Below are positions 51,513 to 64,000 of a stretch of 64,000 nucleotides of DNA, piece by piece. Origin of the DNA: Octopus sinensis (taxonomy: Eukaryota); assembly GCF_006345805.1 (NCBI RefSeq), contig NC_043003.1:86800001-86864000 (forward strand). Reading direction: 5' to 3'. The translations under genes and the position numbers were made by a program. Numbering within the stretch: position 1 is the stretch's first letter; each line of letters opens with the position of its first letter. The notes beneath the pieces were generated by a model, which was given only the letters and a program-made list of their open reading frames with translations, was not told the DNA's origin and did not search any database.

Positions 51513-51717
51513 ATTTACTATACTTTCTTTTACTTCAATATTGAAGAGTTCTTGACTGGAGCGCCACCGGAAGTACTGTGGCGGATAAGCAAAATACTTC
51601 TATTCATTCCTAAATTTTGCAGGCGACAAGTTCTCGGGTTAATTTTTTATAAGATATATATATTTATATATATATATTTTCTTAATACATATTTTTTTTT
51701 AAATATACAATAACAAG
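51513..51717. promoter_or_regulatory. Putative bidirectional promoter shared by Nup54 and ferritin
   Basis: 205 bp between divergent ATGs; GC-richer island with CCGGAAGT (51567-51574) and GATAAG (51584-51589). Confidence 0.65.
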
Positions 51718-51819
51718 ATGACGAGCCAGTGCAGACAGAATTATCACCCTGATTCAGAGGCAGCAATTAACAAACAGATTAATTTGGAACTCTTTGCTAG
51801 TTACGTGTATCAGTCGATG
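51718..51819 (+). CDS. FTH1: Ferritin (cytosolic/soma, H-like) exon 1; later exons not found in the window
   Basis: [34 protein letters not shown] is a typical ferritin helix A with E27 and Y34 equivalents; phase-0 GT donor right after QSM, the usual animal ferritin intron-1 position. The symbol denotes the family, not proven orthology. Confidence 0.9.
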
Positions 51820-52069
51820 GTTTGTAAAAAACACTTCAATTTATATTTCTTATGTTATTGATGTATGCATGCATAATGTGTGTTTAATCATTCATGTAAT
51901 TTACTTCAAAGTTTTGATTTATCATTCCGACGATTTTGCTTTTCTGCTGTGTATATATAACCAATGTTGATAAAGTATTAGTGGTATATCGATTTGAATG
52001 ACTCTCCCCAGACACAACAGGATTTGAAATCATTCTACATGCCTAATAGTAATTAACGATTACTTAATG

Positions 52070-52288
52070 CAGTGCTTTTCAACCTTTTTGCTGGAGCGGA
52101 ACCCCAAGGAAACATTCCACTGGCTCGAGGAACCCCTGTGCAATAATTTAATAGTCTTATGCACACATATCTACACAGGAGAATTAAAAATTACTGACGA
52201 TTTTAGCAGTTTTGTAACTTCTTGCGGAACCCCTAGACTGTACTGGCGGAGCCCTAAGATTCCGCGGAACCCTGGTTGAAAACCACTG
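52070..52288. mobile_element. hAT-type MITE
   Basis: 15-bp TIRs CAGTGCTTTTCAACC / GGTTGAAAACCACTG; 8-bp TSD ACTTAATG / ACTTAATA. Confidence 0.85.
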
Positions 52289-53652
52289 ACTTAATACATT
52301 GGTTTGATAATATTTCTTTTAATGCCATCTTTCACGTATTATCCTCTCTGACGATGCGAGGCTCCATTTTCGGCCCCGCATCTTAAATGTCCCCAAAGCC
52401 CAAGATTACTCCTTTTAATAATACTATTACTTTTTTGATTATTGCATCTATACTCAGTATATATATTGTAGAATTTTGTTGATTTTTCGGAATAGCTATC
52501 ACGGTCTCAGGTACGGAATGCGAAGCAAAACTTTAAAAAAAAATGAAATTTTTGTAAAAAAAAAAAAATTTCATACGCAGGCCGAAAGAATACCGGCTGT
52601 GTGGTAAGAAGTTTGCTTCCCAACCACACGGTTCCGGGTTCAGTTCCACTGTGTGGCACCTTGGATAAATATCTTCTACTATAGCCTCGTGCCGACCAAA
52701 GCCTGTAAGTGGATTTGGTAGTCGGAAACTGAAAGAAGCCCGTCGTTTATGTAAATATGTATAAGTTTGTGTGTCTATGTTTATCCCCCCACCATCCTTT
52801 GACAACCGATGTTGCTGTGTTTACGTCCCCATAACTTAGCGGTTCACCAAGGAGACCGGTAGAATATGTACTAGACTTTCATAGAATAAGTTCTGAGGTC
52901 GATTTGTTCGACTAAATGCGGCGCTCCAGCATGGTCGTAATCAAATGACTGAAAACAAAAGAATATGTTTTATGAAACAGGAATACTAAAAACAAACAAA
53001 AAAAAGTAAAAAGGGAGGGAAAAAATCACTTCGTTTCCCTTGAAGTAGTAGTGATTGCTATTCCAAAACTTCTAGAATTTATTCCTACGAAGCGATATAC
53101 CTTTGTCTTTTGTCAAATGAAAGAATACACGAGAGATAAAAAGTTGCCTCGAACAAATATATTTGTCCTTCGCCATTACGAGTAAAACCTAGTTGTAGCA
53201 AAGTTCTACATATAGGCGCAGGAGTAGCTGTGTGGTAAGTAGCTTGTTTACCAACCACATGGTTCCAGGTTCAGTCCCACTGCGTGGCACCTTGGGCAAG
53301 TGTCTTCTACTATAGCCTCGGGCCGACCAAAGCCTTGTGAGTGGATTTGGTAGACGGAAACTGAAAGAAGCCCGTCGTATATATGATATATATATATATA
53401 TATATATGCGTGTTTGTGTGTCTGTGTTTGTCCCCCTAGCATTGCTTGACAACCAATGCTGGTGTGTTTATGTCCCTGTTACTTAGCGGTTCGGCAAAAG
53501 AGACCGATAGAATAAGTACTGGGCTTATAAAAGAATAAGTCCCGGGGTCCAGTTGCTCGATTAAAGGCGGTGCTCCAGCATGGCTGCAGTCAAATAACTG
53601 AAACAAGTAAAAGAGTAAGAGTATATATACTCAGGTCACTTACGCAGCTAAC

Positions 53653-54062
53653 GGATCTTTTCAGTTTGAACGGCAGTTTTTTTCTAGCGGTGTCATGAAA
53701 TTTTCACCCATAATTATGACCCTAGTATTGATCTATTGCATTTCAATCTGTTTTAGGGTTAGGGGTGGGGGGAAGGGTATCTTTTTTTTTCTTCACAAAT
53801 GTAAATAAACCCAATCTGTTTCTTAAACAAGGACATATTCATATGGCACAATGTTTTTTTATTTCAATACACGTCAGTGATTGGTTGAAATTGCAGAAAT
53901 TGAAGAAAAAAAACAACAAATATCTTACAAACCATAGAATTTTCTCAATAAAGCCAAGAGAAAAAGATGTTTTATAAACACATTCTACCAGTATACGGAG
54001 TTTGAAATTTTTTAGTTACCTAGAAATTATGTTAAAAACTGCCGTTCAAACCGAAAAGATCC
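53653..54062. mobile_element. MITE with GG termini and an 8-bp TSD (Merlin-like)
   Basis: 29-bp TIRs GGATCTTTTCAGTTTGAACGGCAGTTTTT / AAAAACTGCCGTTCAAACCGAAAAGATCC; perfect TSD CAGCTAAC at 53645-53652 and 54063-54070. Confidence 0.8.
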
Positions 54063-54774
54063 CAGCTAACATTTTCAGGAAATAAAATGAAACCAAAACA
54101 CGAATATCACATTTCATTGCTCACTATAGGGCATTTGTATCTGTTCAATAAGAACTTCTCGGTCCGAACTCCGCCAAGAATTCAATACTTGCACTCTATT
54201 AGTGTATTTATAATGTATTGCATAAGCGCTAGTTCTTAATTCCTAGATGCATATCACAGATGCTCCGAGATAAATCATCGGTGTCTGGGGGTTTTAAGGA
54301 GTTTTGAGTCTTCAAACATCAGCTTCCCTCGCCCAGTTGATCATGCCGATGTTGTTTCAAGTTATGTTCCAGCTGCATCCTAGGAACAGCAGTCCATTGT
54401 CTCATCGTATCAATATTGATTATTCAGATTCATGTTAGCACATGCACGAGTGAGTAAGTGAGCTTTTGTTTGCTCGTGCCTACCTACTAAAAATAGCAGC
54501 CAAATCTTCCTCATATCACATTCACTTGTCTAAAAACAGAAAGGACATTGGACAATATCGTCCCAGATGTACGAGATAGCCTTTACCAGTGCTTCTGATT
54601 TTTGATAGCATGAGCAAAGATTTTAGGTAGTATTTTTCTTCAAACTAAAGTATGCTCATATCGAGTGCTTGTGCATATATAAATTTGATGTGGCAGCATT
54701 TTCAGTTTGAAAACCATGATTTATAAGCATCAATAGCGAACTTCTATCTTCCTCTATATAATGAATATGGTAGA

Positions 54775-55080
54775 GGTAAAGACCCCCTTCAGTCATGACT
54801 GACCATGGGATTGCACCTATATAGTTACCCCCGTGGCACAAATCTGGGCAAGGTTATTCATGGAAGAACATCAGTCGCCCATGCATACCAACCTCCCCTC
54901 TCCACACCACTGAGGTTATCCAAGAGAAAAGGTAAAAGCCGATACAGCATGATACCAGTGATGTCACAGCTCATTTCTACAACTGAGAGCAACGTGAAAT
55001 GAAATGTTTTGCTCAAGAACACAACAGAGCCCTGTCCAGGAATCGAACATACTACCTTATGATTGTGAGCCATGCACCTT
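54775..55080 (-). mobile_element. SINE family E; partial copies at about 21925-22170 (+) and 28390-28545 (-)
   Basis: Shared CAGCTGTAGAAA(A)ATGAG and GGTGCAATCCCATGGTCA segments; tRNA-like head. Confidence 0.7.
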
Positions 55081-56476
55081 CACATAATGAACATAAAAGG
55101 TAACATTATTGTAACTATTAGCGTAACTATTCAGAAAGAAAATGAAAAACCTAATTGTGAAGCTGAAATGAAGAAATACAGTATCTCTACACTGTTACAA
55201 TTTTTTTTTTCTTTTTTGGGAAAATTAAATTAAATCTAATCGTTTATTTCTGTTTATATACAAATTGTACTTGCATTACGTAACTGTCTATATGCAAAAA
55301 CTAAATACTTTCCAACATTTCACATTCCCGTTTTCTGTTTTACTTTGGCATTAGTGATTTCGACCGTTATCCTCAGCTATACATCATCATCATCATCGTG
55401 TAGCGTCCGCTTTCCATGCTAGCATGGGTTGGACGGTTCAACTAGGGTCTGAGAAGCCAGAAGGCTGCACCAGGCCCAGTCTGATCTGGCAGTGTTTCTA
55501 CAGCTGGATGCCCTTCCTAACGCCAACCATTCCGTGAGTGTAGTGGGTGCTTTTTACGTGCCACCAGCACAGGTGCCAGACGAGGCTGGCAAAATTCTTT
55601 TGCACTGGTTCCTAAGAGAGAACAGATTAGAATAAACAGTGGTCATGACCGGAACCATTTTTGTCAAATACATATACTAGTTGTTGACAATTTTTCGAAT
55701 AATAAGTGCATTTGGGCAACATGATAGACTGCTGTTCACTTTGCTATAATGAGACCTTCAGCTATCCTTAATCCATGTGAGTGAAATTGGGTAGACTGAA
55801 ACGTAATTGAAGGTCAAGCTGTCATATAGTATTGATTGATCCAGAAAGCAGAAAAAAGTGCCTATTCTGTTTGCTCTCTCCAGCCAGCAGTACCTTTGAG
55901 GGATATGCGTAGGATGGTTATATAAGCAATTTCCTACCAGAATTTTATAACTTACAGGTTTGACCCGTTAATTAAATAATTGTCCTCTCTCATGGTCCAC
56001 TTTATAATGAGCTATATTTCATAAATATTACCCATTATAAATAGAAAATAGTTGCCATACCTACAGTAGCAGTATTAGATGACTGTTTTGGTTGCTATTT
56101 CTAACAGGTTGATTGGTTCTGTGGAGCCTCCCTCATTGCTCATAAAATGGCATTCTCCTTTATAATGATTTATATTTCATAAATATTACCCATTACAAAT
56201 GGAAAAGAGTGGCATGCCTACAGTAGAGTGTTAGATGAGTGATATGTTGGCTGCCTATGTTGAGTTTCCTTCATTAGCTCATAAAATGGCATAAAATTTA
56301 AATCAATGTTGAGGCAAATATTTTCATAAAACTTACTTCTCCAGGAAGTAATCTTATAGTCATTCATGACTGTATAGATATGATTATATATTGTAATTAT
56401 TATTATTATCTATAAGAATATATATTATTTTATATATATTTATATATATATATATATATATATAAAACATATATAT

Positions 56477-56697
56477 AAGGTCCATATAAGATTTTGTTGT
56501 TAAAATTTATTGTTCAATAAATTAGTTATACTTCTGTAATAGACAAAATATTTTAACAATTTTTATATAAAATTCCTAATAATTGATTATAAAAAAATTA
56601 TAGAATTTTTTAAAACGTTGAATGGCTATTAGGGTCCACCTGAGTAAAATAAGAACCAAAGGAGCCCATAGATATTTAAGGGTTGAAAACCATTGTC
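56477..56697. mobile_element. hAT-like MITE fragment; related fragment at about 28935-29100
   Basis: Shared ATTTTGTTGTTAAAATTTAT...CAAAATATTTTAACAATTTTT core; GGTTGAAAACCATTG end. Confidence 0.55.
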
Positions 56698-59600
56698 ATA
56701 GATGATACTTAATATATGAATGACAAATAAATATATTCACACTATTGGTAGGCGAGCAACATTATGCTTTTGTAATGAATGAAATAAAAATTATGTAAGC
56801 AATTTTTAACTTCAAATTCTGATTTCTGTATCTTAAAAAAATTTTCTTTTTCTTTCCAATTTCCTTTTTTAGAAGAAAAATAGATAAATAACTCTTGTGT
56901 GTTTCCTCTGAGAATTTCTAATGTCATCATCGACTACTGTGGGAAGCAAACACCAATCGTCTTCGCAACACGGACTTAGTCTCTCAACCATGCCAGATAT
57001 TCTTTTTACTTCATATTGAACTGATGTGTATATATAGTGTATATATATATATATGCTAGTGTATATAGCATCTTTCAAACACTGCTGGTATTTTTTAATC
57101 TTAATTCTTTTTCTGCCTTGCTAACTTGGTTGTAAAAACCAGCCACTTGTTTAGCTATTCACATGTCTTATGCCTGGCATTACTGAAATATTACTCCTGC
57201 TTTCTATTTCTACATCCCACTTTTGCTTGGGAAGTCTGGTTTTGTCTCCCATAAGCTTTACCTTATTTCAAACATTCATTTTCAATAGAACACATGTTAC
57301 CTTTACTTCTACCTTTATATTTAAAATAGCTTTGGAAGTTGAAATTTTTAAAAAAATAATAAATCCTAATTGAAGCTTGGAAAAGTTTTCAAAGTACCGT
57401 GGATGACGATGTAAAGTTAACATTGTCTATTGCAAGGGGTTTCTTTACTTATTATTTACACTAACTCTCTTGGTAATAATTTTTTTTTGTTTTGTTTATT
57501 TATTCTATAGATTTATTGTTATGATATGCTGCATTGCTGAAAACAAATTCCTGGCTTGCAATCATTGAAATACTTCACTAAATAATTATAGTATGTGTCT
57601 TCACTGTGATACCTGATCAAGTCTACTTTTACCTGTAGTATATAAAGGACAGAAAAGCAGTTGTTATTAATCTAAAACACAGCAGATTTACTGCAACGGA
57701 ATTCTTGTTTTCCACTAGTAAGAAACAAACTTATCCCCTTCCAAGCAGTACAGTAAACTCATTGGTCACAAAATGAGCTGGTAATTAAATATAGAAGCAC
57801 TGACAACTAGTAGCATTGGTTGTATTGACATTTGTCATTTTCTGCATTGGAGCACTGAAGGACAAAACATCCAAGCAGCCCTGCATTCGCTTTCGTTCTA
57901 CAACTACTGTACCTTCATTGTATTTCAGTTATATTACTTGCTTATTTTTTGTCTCTCTGATCATCATCGCCGTTTAACATCCACTTTCCATGCTAGCATG
58001 GGTTGGACGGTTTGACTGTGGGCTGGCGAACCAGATGGCTGCGCCAGGTTCCAGTCTTGATCTGACAGTTTCTACAGCTGGATGCCCTTCCTAACACCAA
58101 CCACTCTGAGAGTGTAGTGGGTGCTTTTACGTGCCCAGTCAGGCAGTGCTGGCAACGACCTCGGTCGATCTTTTTTTTTTTTTTTTTTTTTTTTTTTTGA
58201 CACATGCCAATGGCACAGGTGCCAGTAAGGCAATGCTGGTAACGATCCTGCTCGAATGGTGCCGGGATTATGAAAACTAGAACCATTATTCATTAGTACA
58301 CAATTTATAGTAGAAAAAAACAAAACCATCACATTGGTGTGTTTTATCTGATGGCATCATTAATGTAGGTGTACTGGCAACTCTTCTACTGCAATTTGTG
58401 TAACAATATTCTGTCTGTGAGCCTTGATTTTGGCTAATCAGTGTCATTAGTTTATTAACCATAGTTATTTTGCTGCTCAGTCTTTAAACCTATTGTGATA
58501 CATCATCATCATCATCGTTTAACGTCCGCTTTCCATGCTAGCATGGGTTGGACGGTTCAACTGGGGTCTGGGAAGCCAGAAGGCTGCACCAGGCCCAGTC
58601 TGATCTGGCAATGTTTCTACGGTTGGATGCCTTTCCTAATGCCAACCACTCCATGAGTGTAGTGGGTGCTTTTTACATGCCACCGGCACAGGTGCCAGAC
58701 GAGGCTGGCAAACGGTCACGATTGGATGGTGCTTTTTACGTGCCACAGGCACAAGGCCAGTCGGGGCGGCGCTGGCAACGGCCACGTTCGGATAGTTCTC
58801 TTACGTACCACCGGCACTGGTATCACAGCTGCAATTTCTATTGATGTTGATCGATTTTGATTTGATTTTCACTTGTCATTATTTGGTAGATTTTCATCTA
58901 GTACAAATACCATAACAAATAGATACTGCAAACCATTCAATAGTCTACTAGAACTCATTACAGAATGCAACACTGTACAAATGCCAATACTTTAATATAG
59001 ATTGAGTATTTAATGACATTGTAAATATACCTAGATCATAGGAATGTTCATTTAGGAACCTAGTCATATTTTAGTATGATCTTGAGTAATAGTAATGTTA
59101 CTGAACTATTAATCTGTCTTAGCTTTACAATGATGACCCAAACCTACTAGAAAACGGGAATTTACACAACAACTGCTTTCAGAATGGAATGACTATTGAG
59201 AGTTAAGTGTCTTGATCAAGGACATAGTGCAGTATCTCTGACTCTATATGAACTACTAATTTCTCACCTGATTATGTTACTCTTTTGGCTTGGTTGTCAT
59301 CATTTATCAGGACTCGGCTACTCTTCAAGTAAATTACCAATGACACAAACTTTCTGTATGCTATTATCTATCATTAAATCAAAGCTAGTAGAGAGATATT
59401 ACTGATTTTTTTTTTACTGTTTTTGCATGATTGGCATGAAGTAGCCTGCCATCACATTTCCAACTTCTCACTCACAGACATGCTGTCTTTTTTCGCTGCC
59501 TTTTCTGTTGCTACTTTTGTGAACTCTGCTGCTCAGAGTTCACAGAAGTCTTGGAGATAGTCTTGGACTGTGTGTGCACAGTCAGGTACTCTCCACTCCC

Positions 59601-62329
59601 TTGTTACTCCTCCTCCTCCTCTCACCCACTTTTTGTCTACCTTTAGATCCTACAATAACTTCTATTGCTAGCCCTTCCTTTCTGGAACATTAACTTTGGA
59701 GTATCAATTTTACCATTCTCACAAGGTACACCTTTTCCTCTTACCCATACCAATACAAAAACAAAATTGCTTTTAACACCATTTAGCTACAGCTAATATC
59801 CATGACAGCTATCTGATTATTAACTGTTTTTTTCTGATACTTAACCGTTTTTTCTTCTTTTCTTTTCTAAAACTCTATGATGGATGACTCTTCAATTTAA
59901 CATTGAATGTTTTACAACTGGAATCATGAATGTCCTTTGAACTCCTTAAGTTCTTCTTTGCATTCATCTGCAATACCATTGATTGTGGTGTATTAAACCC
60001 AATTTTCAATGAACTCAGTGGGATAAGGGGTTTTTCTTTTGTTTTTGTTTTTTTGTATGTTTTTTTGTATGTTTTGAATTTTTGATTTTTAACAAAGTTT
60101 TGTAACTATGTGATGAGAAGTTTGCTTCCCAACCACATAGTTCCAAGTTCAGTCCCACTGCATAGCACCTTGGGCAAGTGTATTCTACAATAGCCTTGGC
60201 TGACCAAAGGCTGGTGAGTGGATTTGGTGCCTGGAAACTGAAAGAAGCCTGTTGAATATATATATATATATGTATGTATATAATTATGTATGTGTCTGTT
60301 TGTCCCCTTAACTTAAAAGTTTGGCAAGAGAGACCAATTGAATAAGTGCTCGGCTTATAAAGAATAAGTCCTGGGGTCAGTTTCTTTGAATAAAAAACCC
60401 TTCTAAGGTGGTGCTCCAGCATGGCCACAGTCAAATGACTGAAACAAAGTGCCATGTAGAAAACATTGAGTTCACTCTGCTGAGTGGTTAGTATTAGGAA
60501 GGGCATCCAGCCATAAAAACCCTGCCAAAACAGACACAGTAGCCTGGTGTTCCTGTCAACCATCCTACCCATGCATGGAAGACGAATGTTAAACGATGAT
60601 GATGATGATAATTAAAATGTTTCCATAAAGGAATAGATGGTGGATAGAGTTTAACCTTTTAGCATTTAAACCAGCCCTATCTGGCCCAAATATTTTACCT
60701 GTATTTTTTTCATTCAAACTGGTTAGATCTGGCCTCTCACACCTATCCTACAATGTCATTCTAAAAATAACAATCACATCATCGAATTCTTGAAGCTACA
60801 AGATAATGCATGATAAATTCAAAGCAGTGTGAATAAGTAAGCATTACATTTGATAGAGTAACATGAATGCTGAAGGGTTAATAGCTTTGAATATTTAGTT
60901 AAAATTCAAACTAAAATCAAAATTCAGTGAAGAAAGGAAATTAGATTTTAATTGAGAAAAATTCAGTTGGTTTACAAATACTTCAGTTTTTAAATAATCA
61001 GTTTGCTTTATTTATAACACTTGGGTGGAGCATGTTTCGGTTTGCTATCAATTACATAAACTCTCTTGTCATTTGTGAACCTGTATTGAATGGTAAAAAT
61101 AATAAAGTGTTATGTGAGTACTCCTGAACTGCTCCTTAAAATTCCTTGATGCTCATGGAATCATCAGTAGAAAGCATGAAATATATATATATATATATAT
61201 GTACATATTACGACAGCAAGGGTTCCAGTTGATCCAATCAACAGAACAGCCTGCTCGTGAAATTAACATGCAAGTGGCTGAGCACTCCACAGACACGTAT
61301 ACCCTTAATGTAGTTCTCAAGGAGATTCAGCATGAAGAAAGAGTGAAAGTTGTGGTGAAAAGAGTACATCAGGGTTCGCCACTTCCCCCTGCTGGAGCCT
61401 CGTGGAGCTTTGTTTTCACTCAATAAACACTCACAACGCCTGGTCTGGGAATCAAAACCGTGACCCTACAACCATGAGTGTGCTGCCCTAACCACTGGGT
61501 CATTGCGCCTCCACGATATATATATATATAAATGAATAAAATGTATAAACAAACAATGTAATGTATACTGAATGTAGCAACAAACTGGAGACACAGAAGG
61601 TCCATAATTTTTCGTCGGTTATCAACCAATTGGTAATATTCAGTTTTGCACATATATACGTGTGTGTCTGTGTATGTTGGTTAGACAGAGGTGATTCTGT
61701 TATTAAAATCTGATAGTTGCAACTTAAAGTAAGCAGAGCTTTACTCGTGGACGTTGCATGTAATTCAATTCATGTAATTTTTTATTGCTTAGATTTCAGA
61801 GTTTTCTCCCTTTGTCTTCCTTTAAACAACTTCTCATTGACACATTTTAATCTGTGTGCAATTTCAGTTGATTAAAATTTATTTTGAACTCATTACATTA
61901 AGTATATTAGCTTATTTTTATGTATATGTTTTCTGTAAATAAAATATACTTGCATAATCATCCAATAACATTATTTTTAAAATTACTTAATCAGTAAATA
62001 ATTGTCTCACCTGAACCATATCTTCCCATGATAATAGTTTCAGTGTGAACCCTCCCCAACAAAATCACCAGTGGAAGCCACTTTAAAATACATCAACATA
62101 TCTAATAATATTGTGAATACTAAAAGTTACATTCTTCTTAATTCGGCTCTTATTAAGTTAACGTATGAACAAAATCATCCCAGTTGCAAACCTCCCATCA
62201 ATTTTTCAACCAGAATAAAGAGAAATTTTGCTGTTATTTTTCAAGTTAAGCAACTATTCAAACTATTTAAACTGCAAAAGTATAGACATTCTATTTGCTA
62301 GCTCTGGATCCTGTTGGATTATATATTCT

Positions 62330-62588
62330 CCAGTTATGGTGAATTTATATAATACATATTTCTTTACTACCCACAAGGGGCTAAACATACAGGGGACAAA
62401 CAAGGACAGACATAGGCATTAAGTCGATTACATCGACCCCAGTGCATAACTGGTACTTAATTTATCGACCCCGAAAGGATGAAAGGCAAAGTCGACCTCG
62501 GCGGAATTTGAACTCACAACGTAACGGCAGACGAAATACCGCTTAGCATTTCGCCTGGCGTGCTAACGTTTCTGCCAGCTCGCCACCT
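62330..62588 (-). mobile_element. tRNA-derived SINE family C, well-preserved copy; others at about 11610-11760, 24070-24850, 33735-34100, 35040-35200, 46550-47150, 47575-47790, 48100-48625, 50560-50760
   Basis: Head GGCGAGCTGGCAGAA..GTGAGTTCAAATTCCGCC, body GTCGACTTTGCCTTTCATCC..GTACCAG. Confidence 0.85.
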
Positions 62589-63059
62589 TTAAATTTATAT
62601 AATACAGCTGATAGAATTTACTATTAAACACTATTAAAATACAGCTTTTTGTTAGGATTTTACATATTTTAAACAGTTTGTCTATGAAGCTATTTTCATG
62701 GTAAACTCAGTTCATATAGTTTTTTAATACCAATGAATTTAAATTTTAACTTGTCTTCATTTTAAAAATAGTTGCTTGACTGTATTTTCATTAAGCATCT
62801 AAAATCCATAATTCTGATGCTATTAGTAATGTTGATGCACTAATTAACCCTTTTCTTACCATATATCTGTTGAAATACGCTGCCTTTGTTTCACTTAATT
62901 TTTAAAATAATGAAGAATTTAGTAAAATTTATCATAATTGAATTGATGTTTGAATTAGTCAACAACTTCATTCTCATCCACAACAGAGACAGACTCTTGA
63001 GTTAAGACAAAAGCCTCAGTCTTTCATTGACTTCTTTGAGAACTCTTCCTCATTTATCT

Positions 63060-63620
63060 CTGTTGCAGTTGTTGACTGCTTCAATTATCTTGGCATGGGG
63101 ATTCATAGCGGCATTAGCTGTGAGTCTGAAGTCCTAAAAGGATTTGGATAGCTGCTGCAGTTATGGAGTCATTGGACAAGGGTGTTTGGTGCTACTGATA
63201 TCTGAGTAGGAGAACAAAGGTTCAAGGCTTTTAAGTGTCTAGTCCTTCTTGTCCTGCTCTATAGTTGTGAGACTTGGACACTGTTCAGGGCTCTTAGGAG
63301 TTACCTGAATTCCTTTGGTACCAGGATGCTACACAGGATTATAGATTACCATTGGTCAGATTTCATATCCAGCCAACTCTACTCAGAAACTGGGATTCAT
63401 GCTGTTATGTGTATGACTCAGGAGCACCAGCTAAGACTATTTGGCCAGGTTGCTGAACCCTGCTTAGCATGTTCTCTTCACTGAGGATTTGGCTGGGGGC
63501 CATGGCAGATGAAGAGGTATCTCTCAGAGATGGGGACTGACTGAGATTCTACTCAACAGGTCACCCAAGAGAACCTAGGAATATACCAACAAATGGTGAA
63601 TGCAGCAATGGCACATGCCC
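63060..63620 (+). mobile_element. Degenerate RTE-like LINE RT C-terminal fragment
   Basis: VDCFNYLG, RRTKVQ, LLYSCETWTL, QLRLFG remnants across frameshifts. Confidence 0.65.
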
Positions 63621-64000
63621 CTACACCTGACCTAAAGTTGGTGTTAAGAACAAATTATTATGAAGTTCTGGCAGAAGGTTAATTTAGATCACTTTAAAAG
63701 AGAAAGTTTGTATCATTGACCCAGAGGCAGTGTCAGGTGGTATAAAAAGTGTTAGAAAGACAGTAATGATAAAACATAGCAATATTTGACTTCCTGTGTG
63801 ATTTGATGTTGGCAACAGGGGGGATTTATTATGTAAGCTCTGATTGAATAGATACAACTCTATGCTATGGCCAATTTATATTGGTCTGAATGCAAAAGAA
63901 TTAACTTTCATTCAGGTTACTTTGTTTACAAACTATGCTAAACACGGTTTAAATATATTTTCTTCATGCATTCTTGAAAATATCTAGATTTGCTATTTTG

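Noticed and set aside
51638-51717. Short 5' UTR intron just before the ferritin ATG
   Set aside because: Weak donor (GG|GTTAAT) and AAG acceptor; cannot be supported without transcript data
51722-51737. CAGTGC in the ferritin CDS as an iron-responsive element
   Set aside because: The flanks (CGAGC / AGACA) do not form the 5-bp upper stem, and the motif lies after the ATG
53753-53764. TTAGGG x2 as an interstitial telomere
   Set aside because: Only two units, internal to a MITE
56869-57078. ORF in unique sequence as ferritin exon 2 or another gene
   Set aside because: No ferritin motifs in any frame I read, no convincing splice pair, unrecognisable peptide

Overview
AT-rich, repeat-dense eukaryotic genomic DNA; the SINE/RTE/microsatellite landscape suggests an octopod cephalopod (inference). 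The main gene is a complete 11-exon nucleoporin Nup54 on the minus strand (ATG 51512, stop 25472). All GT-AG junctions are in phase and give 1578 nt, i.e. 525 aa. Head-to-head with it, only 205 bp away, is exon 1 of a cytosolic-type ferritin on the plus strand (51718-51819). The shared spacer has an ETS-type CCGGAAGT motif and no iron-responsive element, and I could not find ferritin exon 2 in the remaining 12 kb. The rest is mostly mobile DNA: Penelope-like elements, an R4/Dong-like LINE, RTE LINEs and their 3' tails, several tRNA-derived SINE families, Tc1/mariner/maT remnants, hAT-, piggyBac- and Merlin-like MITEs, a Helitron end, a Gypsy RT fragment and long microsatellites. Observations most worth testing: minimal hammerhead-ribozyme motifs tied to the Penelope-like DNA (one in the sense orientation of a Nup54 intron, two converted into fold-backs), a hairpin-repeat array in the RTE 3' UTR, inverted RTE tails bracketing Nup54 exon blocks, and a local duplication whose history can be ordered. 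I see no clearly new protein-coding system. TE and SINE boundaries are approximate unless TIRs or TSDs are quoted.
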